NCBI GenBank assembly: GCA_027593235.1
Contig: JAQCIU010000017.1
Coordinates: forward strand, 272-64,271
Direction: 5' to 3'
DNA length: 64,000 bases
From: Chloroflexota bacterium
GTDB taxonomy: Bacteria; Chloroflexota; Dehalococcoidia; UBA2979
Part shown: positions 35,049-43,798 of the stretch, piece after piece
Numbering within the stretch: the first letter of the stretch is position 1
Layout: each line of letters opens with the position of its first letter
The notes under the pieces: generated by a model
What the model saw: only the letters and a program-made list of their open reading frames with translations
Databases searched by the model: none
What the model was told of the DNA's origin: nothing
Program-made: the position numbers and the translations under genes

Positions 35049-35720
35049 GTGAAGGTCGTGTTTCTGGAGACCGTTGAAGGATCGGGCACCATGGGCGAGG
35101 TGCGAACCGTACGCCCAGGGTATGCCCGTAACTATCTGTTGCCGCGCGGCCTAGCCGCACCGGCAACTCCTGACGTCCTCGCACGAGCCGAAAGGCTTCG
35201 TGAGATCGAGGAGGAACGGCAGCGTGCCCAGGATGAGCACGCCCAAGAGCTTGTCGGCAAGCTCGAAGGCACACCGCTCGTCATGGCTGTACGCGTCGGA
35301 GAGCAGGGACGTCTGTACGGCTCCGTCACCAGTGCGGACGTCGCCGAGAAGGCTGGGGAGATTCTCGGCGAAGAGTTGGACAGACGTCGCATCCTGCTGC
35401 CCGAGGTGATCAGAAGCGTTGGGTTGTACACCGTACCGATCCGGCTCTCACGTAATGTGGTGCCGGAGGTTCAGGTGGTGGTCGTGGATGCAGAAGCGCC
35501 GGAAGGCGTGGAAGCAGCCGTTGACCTGTTACTGAATCCGCCGCTTGCGGTGGAGTACGTAGCAGCCATCTTGCCAGGTAAGGCTGAAACTCCCGATGTG
35601 GCCGAGGTGGAGGCATCCGCCGAGGATCTGGTAACCGCCGGTGCGTCGGAGTCGGGCTACTCAGCTCCGGACGCGGAGGCTCCTGCCGCCGCGACGGAAG
35701 AAGACACCTCGACCACGTAG
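35049..35720 (+). CDS. rplI: 50S ribosomal protein L9 with a roughly 75-aa acidic C-terminal extension
   Basis: MKVVFLETVEGSGTMGEVRTVRPGYARNYLLPRGLA is the canonical L9 N-domain. The protein is 223 aa against a usual length of about 148. Confidence 0.9.
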   Translation: MKVVFLETVEGSGTMGEVRTVRPGYARNYLLPRGLAAPATPDVLARAERLREIEEERQRAQDEHAQELVGKLEGTPLVMAVRVGEQGRLYGSVTSADVAEKAGEILGEELDRRRILLPEVIRSVGLYTVPIRLSRNVVPEVQVVVVDAEAPEGVEAAVDLLLNPPLAVEYVAAILPGKAETPDVAEVEASAEDLVTAGASESGYSAPDAEAPAAATEEDTSTT

Positions 35721-35760
35721 GTCGCGGCCGAACGGCCGCCGACCTCGACGGATTTGTCGT

Positions 35761-35782
35761 ACGGCCCCGCTGGCGGGGCCGT
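35761..35782 (+). terminator. perfect 10-bp GC hairpin between rplI and dnaB
   Basis: ACGGCCCCGC-TG-GCGGGGCCGT followed by CTTC, a weak U-tract. It could be a terminator or an attenuator. Confidence 0.4.
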
Positions 35783-35838
35783 CTTCATGTCGCCGCGCGC
35801 GCGGCGAGGTGCTTCCAAGTAGATGAGGGAGCGCCGCT

Positions 35839-37296
35839 GTGGTCTCGGACAGCCGGCCCGCGCAGATTCTGCGCGACACACGCCCACAACAGACCGGCTT
35901 GCCGCCGCACGATATCGCCGCCGAGGAAGCCGTCATCGCCGCGATGCTGCTCGACGACGAGACCTACGCGCGCGTGCTGCCGGTTGTCCAGCCAAAAGAC
36001 TTCTTCCGTGAGCAGAACGGGTGGGTCTTCGAGGCCTGCCTGAGCCTCGCCGAGCGCGGCGAAGCCGTGACCGTCCCGACGGTGGCCCACGAGCTCGAGC
36101 GTGCTGGCCACCTCGAGACGGTCGGCGGTGAGCCGTTCCTGCAGGAGATCGCGGGCAAGTACTTCACGGCGATCGGTGTCGAGGCACACGCGCGGATCGT
36201 CGCGCGGGACGCGCTCTACCGGCGGCTGATGCAGGTCGCCGGCAACATCGCGCAGCTTGCCAGCGCCGGCGGTCCGGACGCCGCGCGCGTGCTGGGCGAG
36301 GCGGAATCGCTGCTGCTCGGCCTGCGCACCGCCGAGGGCTCGGGCGACTTCAAGCGCCTGCGCGAGCTACTGGACGCGTTCCTCGAGGCGCCCTCGGAGG
36401 ACGAGGACGGCGAGCTGGCGTCCTCGGTGCGCTCTGGCTTCATGGATCTGGACGAGCATCTTGGCGGCGGATTCAAGCGCGGCGATCTGATCATCCTCGC
36501 CGCGCGTACCGGTGTCGGGAAGACCTCGTTGATGCTCAACTTCGCGCGCAACGGCGCAGTGGGGCAGCACGCGACGATCGCGATGTTCAGCCTGGAGATG
36601 GGCGGCGAGCAGCTTGCAATGCGCATGCTCTCCTCCGAGGCCGGCGTGAAGATGGCGCGTCTGCGCCTCGGGCGACATGGCGAGGACGAAGAAGCGCGGG
36701 TGATGCACGCGCACGGACAGCTCGGTGGTGCGCCGGTTTTCATCGATGACTCGGCGGCGCTGACGGTGCCGGAGATCCGCGCGAAGTGCCGCCGGCTCCA
36801 GGCGGATCACGGCCTGGACCTCGTGATCGTCGACTACCTGCAGTTGCTCCACGGCGCGGGCCGGATGGACACGCGCGCGAACGAGATCGGGCAGATCTCG
36901 CGATCGCTCAAGGAGCTGGCGCGCGAGTTGAACGTGCCAGTGATCGCCGCCGCGCAGCTCTCGCGAGCGGTCGAGACGCGCCAGCCACACATCCCGATGC
37001 TCTCCGACCTGCGTGAGTCCGGCTCGATCGAGCAGGACGCGGACATCGTGATGTTCATCTATCGCGAAGACGTGTACCTGCAGGCCGAGGACTGGCAGCA
37101 GCAGCACCCGGGGCAGCCCGGCGGCGCGCACCCAACCGGCCTCGCGCAGATCATCGTGGCGAAGCACCGTAACGGCCCGACCGGCACGGTCACCGTGCGC
37201 TGGGTGGGCGAGACCGCCAGCTTCCAGGATCTGCTGCTGCGATCCGAGCCGGTGCCGCCCGGGTACGACGACTACGATCCGGACTTCCTGAACTGA
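35839..37296 (+). CDS. dnaB: replicative DNA helicase
   Basis: PPHDIAAEEAVIAAMLLD, Walker A ARTGVGKTS, DYLQLL and ESGSIEQDADIVMFIYR. No intein insertion. Confidence 0.9.
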   Translation: MVSDSRPAQILRDTRPQQTGLPPHDIAAEEAVIAAMLLDDETYARVLPVVQPKDFFREQNGWVFEACLSLAERGEAVTVPTVAHELERAGHLETVGGEPFLQEIAGKYFTAIGVEAHARIVARDALYRRLMQVAGNIAQLASAGGPDAARVLGEAESLLLGLRTAEGSGDFKRLRELLDAFLEAPSEDEDGELASSVRSGFMDLDEHLGGGFKRGDLIILAARTGVGKTSLMLNFARNGAVGQHATIAMFSLEMGGEQLAMRMLSSEAGVKMARLRLGRHGEDEEARVMHAHGQLGGAPVFIDDSAALTVPEIRAKCRRLQADHGLDLVIVDYLQLLHGAGRMDTRANEIGQISRSLKELARELNVPVIAAAQLSRAVETRQPHIPMLSDLRESGSIEQDADIVMFIYREDVYLQAEDWQQQHPGQPGGAHPTGLAQIIVAKHRNGPTGTVTVRWVGETASFQDLLLRSEPVPPGYDDYDPDFLN

Positions 37297-38141
37297 TGTC
37301 CGGCCTACAGCCGCCATTCGTGCCGGCTTCCCCCGGCGACCTCGCCGACCCTGCCGCGGCGCGCGGCGTTCGCGAAGACCCTGCCGCGGCACGCGGCGCT
37401 CCTGATGGGCAGGCCGTGCCGCGCGTTACCCCCGAGGGCGCGCCGCTCGGCGCCTTGCCCGCCCCCCGACCGTTCGAGGGCTTCCGTACCGGGACGAGGC
37501 CGATCACGCTCCCGGCGGAACTGTTCGCGGAGCTGCTCCCGAGCATCGACGACGAGGCGGAGCTGCGGGTGACGCTGCATACGCTGTTCGCGATCGGCCG
37601 ATCGCGCGGTCCGTTGCGTGCGGTGCGCCAGAGCGAACTGGCGCGCGAGACCGCGCTCACGCGCGGCCTCGAACACTGCGGCGGCGCGGACGCGCTGCCG
37701 CGGGCGCTCGCCGGCGCGGTAGCGCGCGGATCGCTCCTCGACTGCCCGCTCGACGACGGCGACGTCCTCTACCTGGTGAACAACGAGGGTGGGCGACGGC
37801 TGCGTACGCGCATCATCACCGGCACCCAGCCGTTGCCGGACGGCCGGCGCCCGCGCCCGGAGCCACTACCCGCGGAGCGCAGTGGGCCCGCCACCGTCTA
37901 CGAGCAGGAGATCGGCACGCTGACACCGGCGATCGCCTCGCTGCTGGCGGAGGCGCAGGAGCGCTACGCCGGCGACTGGATCATCGAAGCGCTGCAGCTT
38001 GCCGCGACGAACAACGCACGCTCCTGGCGCTACGCGGAGGCGATCCTCCGCCGCTGGGAGACCGAAGGGCGAGATGATGAGGCAACTCGGGGAGATGCTC
38101 GAACCGCCGACCCGTACGGCCATGTCTACCGACGCGAGTAG
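37296..38141 (+). CDS. DnaD-domain replication/helicase-loading protein
   Basis: The C-terminal YEQEIGTLTPAIASLLAEAQERYAGDWIIEALQLAATNNARSWRYAEAILRRWETEG matches the DnaD/DnaB_2 domain pattern. Its start overlaps the dnaB stop (TGATG). Confidence 0.65.
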   Translation: MSGLQPPFVPASPGDLADPAAARGVREDPAAARGAPDGQAVPRVTPEGAPLGALPAPRPFEGFRTGTRPITLPAELFAELLPSIDDEAELRVTLHTLFAIGRSRGPLRAVRQSELARETALTRGLEHCGGADALPRALAGAVARGSLLDCPLDDGDVLYLVNNEGGRRLRTRIITGTQPLPDGRRPRPEPLPAERSGPATVYEQEIGTLTPAIASLLAEAQERYAGDWIIEALQLAATNNARSWRYAEAILRRWETEGRDDEATRGDARTADPYGHVYRRE

Positions 38142-39441
38142 GGTCGCGACGCCGGCGGGCGTTCCCGCTCCGGCGCCGGAGGCTGCTTGCCCGTTCTGCG
38201 CCGGTGCCCGCTTCGTGCGCGTGACGTCCGATCCGCAGGACCCGCGCTTCGGCCACCCGGTGCCCTGCCGCTGCGCGCTGAACGAGGACCCGGACGAGCG
38301 CCGCGCGCGGTTGCTCCGCTACTCCCAGCTCGGCCCGTTGCGACGGATGACCTTCGAGGCGCTCGATCGCCGAGGGCGCAGCGACGATCCCTCGGAGCAG
38401 GCGCACTTCAGCGAGGCGGTCGCGATCGCGGAGCGCTACGCCGAGCACCCGGAGGGGTGGCTGGTGCTCACCGGCGCGCACGGCCGGGGCAAGACGCACC
38501 TGGCGGCGGCGATCGCCAACCGCGCGATCGATCGCGGCGATCCGGCTCTCTTCCTCAGCATCGCCGATCTCCTCGACGCGCTGCGCGCCGGGTACGACGA
38601 GGACGCCGAGGATGACTACGACCGCGTGCTGGAACAGGTGCGCCGCGCGCCGCTGCTGATTCTCGACGACCTCGATGGCTACTCGGAAACCGCCTGGGCG
38701 CGCGAGAAGTTCCTGCAGGTGATCACGCATCGCTTCAACGCGCTGCTCCCGACCGTCTTCACCGGCGTCCGGCCGACCGAGGAAACCGAGGCGCGGCTCG
38801 CGAGCCGGCTGAGCGATCCCGGCGTGACACAGCAGATCGAGCTGGGCTCGGGCAACGGTCCGCGCTTCTTCGGCGTCGGTGCGATGGGCCGCGAACAACT
38901 CGACCAGTTCACGCTCGATCAGTTCGACCCGGCCGGGCGCGGCCTGCGCGGTGAATCGCGACGCAACCTGGAAGGTGCGTTCCGGCTCGCCCGCCAGTGG
39001 GCGGCCTCACCGGACGGCTGGTTGGTATTCCTCGGCGGCAACGGCTGCGGCAAGACGCACCTGGCGGCGGGGATCGCCGCGGAACGCCTCGCCGCGGGCG
39101 ACGCGGTCGCCTTCGCGAACGTGCCGGACCTCCTCGATGAGCTGCGCGCGACGTTCGCACCGGGATCGCGCGAGCGCTTCGATCATCGCTTCCGGCGGTT
39201 ACTCGACGCGCCGGTGCTGGTGCTCGATGACCTGGGCGCGCAGCAGACGAGCGCCTGGGCGGAGGAGAAGCTCTACCAGATCCTCAATCACCGGCACCTG
39301 CAACGGAAGCCGACGATCGTTACGACGAACTGCGAGCTGAAGATGATGGAGCCGCGCATCGCTTCGCGGCTGGCGGATCTGCAGACCTCGACGGTCTACC
39401 AGATCACCGCGCCGGACTACCGGACCGGCGCGGGCGGCTAG
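38074..39441 (+). CDS. DnaC/DnaI/IstB-like helicase loader with two tandem AAA+ modules and an N-terminal Cys4 motif
   Basis: CPFC...CRC near the N-terminus. Module 1 has GAHGRGKTHLAAAI and LLILDDLD. Module 2 has GGNGCGKTHLAAGI and VLVLDDLG...TTN. The start is ATG 38074 or 38122, and both overlap the upstream gene. Confidence 0.7.
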   Translation: MMRQLGEMLEPPTRTAMSTDASRVATPAGVPAPAPEAACPFCAGARFVRVTSDPQDPRFGHPVPCRCALNEDPDERRARLLRYSQLGPLRRMTFEALDRRGRSDDPSEQAHFSEAVAIAERYAEHPEGWLVLTGAHGRGKTHLAAAIANRAIDRGDPALFLSIADLLDALRAGYDEDAEDDYDRVLEQVRRAPLLILDDLDGYSETAWAREKFLQVITHRFNALLPTVFTGVRPTEETEARLASRLSDPGVTQQIELGSGNGPRFFGVGAMGREQLDQFTLDQFDPAGRGLRGESRRNLEGAFRLARQWAASPDGWLVFLGGNGCGKTHLAAGIAAERLAAGDAVAFANVPDLLDELRATFAPGSRERFDHRFRRLLDAPVLVLDDLGAQQTSAWAEEKLYQILNHRHLQRKPTIVTTNCELKMMEPRIASRLADLQTSTVYQITAPDYRTGAGG

Positions 39442-39470
39442 CGAGGAACGCGCGGCGAGGCTACCGGGCG

Positions 39471-40199
39471 CTAGTCGACCGAACCGACGGGCTTCGGCCG
39501 CACGCCCTCTTGCCAGTGCGTGCCGTCGGTGCCGTGTTCCTTCTTCCAGACCGGCACCGTCTCCTTGACGCGATCGACCGTCCGCGAGGCGGCGTCGAAG
39601 GCGTCCTGCCGGTGCGCGGCGGAGACGGCGACTACCAGCGAGGTGTCGCCGATCTCCAGCGTGCCGATGCGGTGGTGGATCGCGATCGCGTGCACCTCGC
39701 GATCGGCGAAGTCGCGCATCACCTCGCCGGCGACGGCGCGGAGCTGCTTCTCGGCCATCGGTACGTAGGCCTCGTACTCCAGGCGCAGCACTGCACGGCC
39801 CTCGTGGTGATCGCGCACGACGCCCTCGAAGACCACGGCCGCGCCGCTGGCGCGCGTCGTCACGAGGTCGCGCAGCGCGCGCACCTCGAGCGGTGTGTCG
39901 GTGACGAGGAATGGCGGGAGTTCGCCGCCTTCGCCGTGAGGCGGGTCGTCGGACCCGCCGGCGATCGGCGGGATCAGCGCGACGGTGTCGCCGTCCTTCA
40001 GCGGCTCGCTGTCGTCGAGGATGTAGTCCTCGTTGACGGCGATCGCGACGCCGGTCAGGTAGGGGCGGAGCTTGTCGTGACGTTCACCGAGCCGCTCGCG
40101 AAGGGCGGCAACGGTGATCGACTCAGCCTCGAACTCCTCGGTGAGGTCGCCGCCCATGACGTCTCGCAGCCCGGCGAAGAGGTGAACGGTGATGCGCAA
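39471..40199 (-). CDS. fused MoaD-MoaE molybdopterin synthase (MoaX-like)
   Basis: The N-terminal 82 aa form a MoaD beta-grasp ending IPPIAGG. A linker follows, then a MoaE domain (VFEGVVRDHHEGR, IHHRIG.LEIGD, VWKKE). Confidence 0.8.
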   Translation of the reverse strand: MRITVHLFAGLRDVMGGDLTEEFEAESITVAALRERLGERHDKLRPYLTGVAIAVNEDYILDDSEPLKDGDTVALIPPIAGGSDDPPHGEGGELPPFLVTDTPLEVRALRDLVTTRASGAAVVFEGVVRDHHEGRAVLRLEYEAYVPMAEKQLRAVAGEVMRDFADREVHAIAIHHRIGTLEIGDTSLVVAVSAAHRQDAFDAASRTVDRVKETVPVWKKEHGTDGTHWQEGVRPKPVGSVD

Positions 40200-40302
40200 G
40201 AGTGCCCCCGCGGTAGTTCGCGTCCGGCGCCGCGCCGGTCGCTCCCGATAAGTATAAGGAGGGCGATCGCGCTCCTTCAGGGGCGCACAGCGGAGCGAGC
40301 AG

Positions 40303-41604
40303 CTACGTCGCCTCGCGCAGTGGCCGTTGTCGTGCGGCGATCACCAGCATCAGCACGATGATCGAGATGCCGGCGGCGCTGTACACGACCTCCAACCCCA
40401 GCGCCTGCGCGAGCAGCCCGGCGCCCAGCCCGGCGATTTGCATCAACCCACCAGCGAGCATCAACAGTCCCGTGACGCGCCCCAGCAGCCGATTTGGCAC
40501 CTGCCGCTGCACCAGCGTGGTGCTGAAGGTGAGGACAAGCTGGTGGGAGAAGCCGACCATCCCGTTGAAGAGGAACGCCGCGATGACGATCCGGCTGAGG
40601 CTGAATCCGAGGACGGCGACACCGATCAGCACGCAAGCGACGAGGAAGCCCGCGCCGATGTGCCGGACGTCCGAGCGCACGCTCAGCCAGAGCGAGGCGA
40701 CGATGCCGCCGATCCCCCAGAAGACCACCAACACGCCCCAGCCTGAGGCGTCCAGATCGAGGATCTCGCTGACCCAGGCGGAGATCAGTCCGCCCATCAC
40801 GCTGAGGCCCAGCGCCGTCACGCCCCAGGTGGAGAGCACCGTCCAGCGCACCACCGCGTCCGTGCGCAGCACCGCGATACCGGCGCGCAGGTTGGAGAGC
40901 ACGGACTCGCGCGCGGCGTCCGGATCGCTCGCCAGCCGCGACGAGATCCTCGTCAGTGCGAGCAACACGGCGACGTGGCCCAGGCCCGCGATGAGGTAGG
41001 TGGTTGCGAAGCCGAGCCGTTCGACGGAGAGGCCGGCCAGCGGCGCGACGATCAGCAGCGCGAGCGACATCACCAGCTGGTGCTGCGTGATCGCGCGGGT
41101 CAGCAGGTGCGCCGGTACGGAGTCGCGGATCATCGCTGAGCGCGTCGGCTGATCCTGGCCGCTGATCAGGCCGAAGCTGGCGAACATCACGAGCATGACG
41201 AGGAGCCAGGGGCCCTCGCCGTTCGAGACGGCGGGGAACGTCAGCAGGCCGCCAACGATGAGGACGCTGGCCAGCCCGACGATGTGGCTGATCGTGAGGA
41301 CGCGCGTCCGCGGGAAGCGATCGGCGAACGTGCCGCCGAACAGCGTGTAGCTGAGGAAGGCCGCACCGCGCAGCCCGGAGAGCAGGCCAAGCATCAGCAG
41401 CCGCTGCGATTCCGCCGCCGCCTCGTTCACGTACCAGGCCTGCGTGATGAACAGCGTCGGCTCGCGCATGCTCGATGTGAGCTGCATGAAGAGCAGCAGC
41501 CGGAAGTCCCGATGTTGGAGCGTGGCGAGGCGACCCGGTGTGCTCATGACCGCGACGCGTTGCGATGCGGCAGTCTCCGCGGGGGAGACCTCGGGTGCTG
41601 GCAT
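40303..41604 (-). CDS. MFS transporter (EntS/MFS_3-like)
   Basis: 433 aa with about 12 TM segments. RDFRLLL...FGGTFADRFPR is the loop 2-3 signature. Confidence 0.75.
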   Translation of the reverse strand: MPAPEVSPAETAASQRVAVMSTPGRLATLQHRDFRLLLFMQLTSSMREPTLFITQAWYVNEAAAESQRLLMLGLLSGLRGAAFLSYTLFGGTFADRFPRTRVLTISHIVGLASVLIVGGLLTFPAVSNGEGPWLLVMLVMFASFGLISGQDQPTRSAMIRDSVPAHLLTRAITQHQLVMSLALLIVAPLAGLSVERLGFATTYLIAGLGHVAVLLALTRISSRLASDPDAARESVLSNLRAGIAVLRTDAVVRWTVLSTWGVTALGLSVMGGLISAWVSEILDLDASGWGVLVVFWGIGGIVASLWLSVRSDVRHIGAGFLVACVLIGVAVLGFSLSRIVIAAFLFNGMVGFSHQLVLTFSTTLVQRQVPNRLLGRVTGLLMLAGGLMQIAGLGAGLLAQALGLEVVYSAAGISIIVLMLVIAARQRPLREAT

Positions 41605-41702
41605 CGGAGAATCGTAGCGCTCGGCTGACTGAAGGAGACGCGCCGGGAACGGGCAAATCGTCGCCGGTCGGGGCGGAGTTGCCGGCGGCTCTTCGTCAGC
41701 CG

Positions 41703-42998
41703 CTAGTCGAGTTCGCGAAGTGGTCGCTGTCGCCAGCTAAGCAGCGCGATGAAGACGACGATCGCGAGGCCCGCGAGCGGGTAGACGGTCTCGATCCCGA
41801 GCTGTTTCGCGAGCAGGCCCATGCCCAGCCCCGCGATCTGCATCAGGCCGCCGGCGAGCAGGAGGAGGCCGGTCACGCGGCCCAGCAGCCGGTTCGGAAC
41901 CTCCCGCTGCACGATCGTGACGCCCCAGGTGAGGATGAGTTGATAGGCCATCCCGACGACGCCGTTGAAGAAGAACGCGACGACGATCGCGCGGCTGAAC
42001 CCGAACGCCATCACGCCGCACCCCATCAACGCGCCGGCGCCGAGGTACCACGCGCCCATGTGCCGGACGTCACCCCGCCAGTTCAGCCAGATGGAGCCGA
42101 CCACCCCGCCGATGCCCCAGGTGACGACCATCACGCCCCAGCCGAGCGCGTCGAGTTCGAGCACGTCGCTGACCCAGTTGGCGACGAGGACACCCATCAC
42201 GCTCATGCCGAGCGCCGCGACCGCCCAGTTGGTGAAGACGGTCCAACGCACGACCGCGTTCGTCCTCAGGACCGCGATCCCATCGCCGAGATTCCGCAGC
42301 ACCGAGGTACGCGAGGCGCCGGGGTCGGCGGCGGTTCGTGTCGAGATCCCGCGCAGCGTGATCAACACCACGACGTGGCCGAGCCCGGCGAGCAGATAGG
42401 TCACGCCGAAGCCGAGCGCGTCGATCGACCAGCCCGCGAATGGAGCGGCGACCACACCGAAGGACATCACCATCTGGTGCTGCGTGATCGCGCGCGACAG
42501 CAAGTGTTCGGGCACGGCGTCGCGCACCATCGCCGTGCGCGTCGGCTGATCCTGCGCGGTCATCAATCCGAAGCTGGCGAACAGTGCCAGCATCACCCAG
42601 AGCCACGGTCCGTCACCGTCCGCGATCGAGGGGATCAGCAGCAGGCTGCCGACGATGAGGATGCTGACCAGGCCGACGGCGTGACTGGCGGTGAGCACGG
42701 TGACGCGGGGGAAGCGATCGGCGAAGGTGCCGCCGAAGAGCACGTAGCTCAGAAACGCGATGCCGCGGAGGGCGGCGAGCAGACCGAGCAGCACGACCCG
42801 TTGCGATTCGGGCGCGACCGTGTTCACGTACCAGGCCTGTGTCAGGAAGAGCGTGGGCTGGCGCATGCTCGACGCGAGCTGCATCACGAGCAGCAACCGG
42901 AAGTCGCGGTACTGCAGAGCGGCCAGGCGGCTCGTCGGGAGAGTTGCCGCCTCGCCCGGGCTTCGGGCAGGCTCTTCGCTGGTGTCCGATTCAGACAT
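41703..42998 (-). CDS. MFS transporter, tandem paralog of the preceding gene
   Basis: 431 aa, colinear with 40303..41604 along its whole length (for example LQYRDFRLLLVMQLASSMRQPTLFLTQAWYVN against LQHRDFRLLLFMQLTSSMREPTLFITQAWYVN). Confidence 0.75.
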   Translation of the reverse strand: MSESDTSEEPARSPGEAATLPTSRLAALQYRDFRLLLVMQLASSMRQPTLFLTQAWYVNTVAPESQRVVLLGLLAALRGIAFLSYVLFGGTFADRFPRVTVLTASHAVGLVSILIVGSLLLIPSIADGDGPWLWVMLALFASFGLMTAQDQPTRTAMVRDAVPEHLLSRAITQHQMVMSFGVVAAPFAGWSIDALGFGVTYLLAGLGHVVVLITLRGISTRTAADPGASRTSVLRNLGDGIAVLRTNAVVRWTVFTNWAVAALGMSVMGVLVANWVSDVLELDALGWGVMVVTWGIGGVVGSIWLNWRGDVRHMGAWYLGAGALMGCGVMAFGFSRAIVVAFFFNGVVGMAYQLILTWGVTIVQREVPNRLLGRVTGLLLLAGGLMQIAGLGMGLLAKQLGIETVYPLAGLAIVVFIALLSWRQRPLRELD

Positions 42999-43039
42999 CG
43001 GCGCATCGTAGCCGCTCGAACCGAGGATGCGTGCTCGAC

Positions 43040-43762
43040 ATGATCGACGTTCAGCCGCGGTCGTTCCCGGCGCGCGCCCTCGAATTCCTGCTGCCGCAGC
43101 GCTGCCTGGAGTGCGGCCGCTTCGGCGCGTCGCTTCACGAGGAGTGCGTCGCGACCCTCGTCCGCGCCGAGCGCCCGCGCTGTCGGGTCTGCTGGGCGCC
43201 TTCGCGGGTGCTCGTCTGCGCCCGCTGCCTCGCTGCCGAGGACCACTCCGGGTTCGATGAGCTGCGGACGCCGCTGCGCTTCACCGGTACGGCGCGACGC
43301 GCCCTGCTGGAGGCGAAGTTCCGAGGCGTGACGACCCTGCTCCCGCCGCTCGCCCGGCTCGCCGCTACCTCGGTCGAGCCGGTATGGCGTCCGGAGGTCG
43401 TGATCCCGATCCCGCTGGCGCGGCAACGGGAGCGCCGACGTGGGTTCAACCAGGCGCAGCTCATCGCCGCCGAGGTCGCCGCGGCGCTCGCGTTGCCGTT
43501 GGACGAGCGTGGCCTCACACGCTTGCGCGCCTCGGCGGCTCAGGCCTCGCTGGGCGCTGCTGAACGCGCGACCAACCTCGAGGACGCGTTTCGAGCGGCG
43601 CAGCTCGAACCCACCTCGCGCGCGAGGGGACTCGTCGGAGCGCGTGTCCTGCTCGTCGACGACGTGACGACGACCGGCTCGACGCTCAACGAGGCGGCGC
43701 GGGCGTTGCGCGCCGGCGGTGCCGCGGCGGTGTTCGCCCTCGCGGTCGCGCGCGAGGATTGA
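43040..43762 (+). CDS. comF: ComF-family phosphoribosyltransferase-domain protein
   Basis: N-terminal CxxC...CxxC ribbon (CLECG, CRVC) and the PRT motif LLVDDVTTTGSTL. Confidence 0.75.
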   Translation: MIDVQPRSFPARALEFLLPQRCLECGRFGASLHEECVATLVRAERPRCRVCWAPSRVLVCARCLAAEDHSGFDELRTPLRFTGTARRALLEAKFRGVTTLLPPLARLAATSVEPVWRPEVVIPIPLARQRERRRGFNQAQLIAAEVAAALALPLDERGLTRLRASAAQASLGAAERATNLEDAFRAAQLEPTSRARGLVGARVLLVDDVTTTGSTLNEAARALRAGGAAAVFALAVARED

Positions 43763-43798
43763 GGCGCGAGCCTCCGTAGCTCGCGGAGGTCCTAGGCT

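Noticed and set aside
40200-40302. Moco riboswitch upstream (minus strand) of the MoaD-MoaE fusion
   Set aside because: The spacer is only about 100 nt and shows just an AAGGAG...CTCCTT hairpin. It lacks the length and conserved core of the Moco RNA motif.
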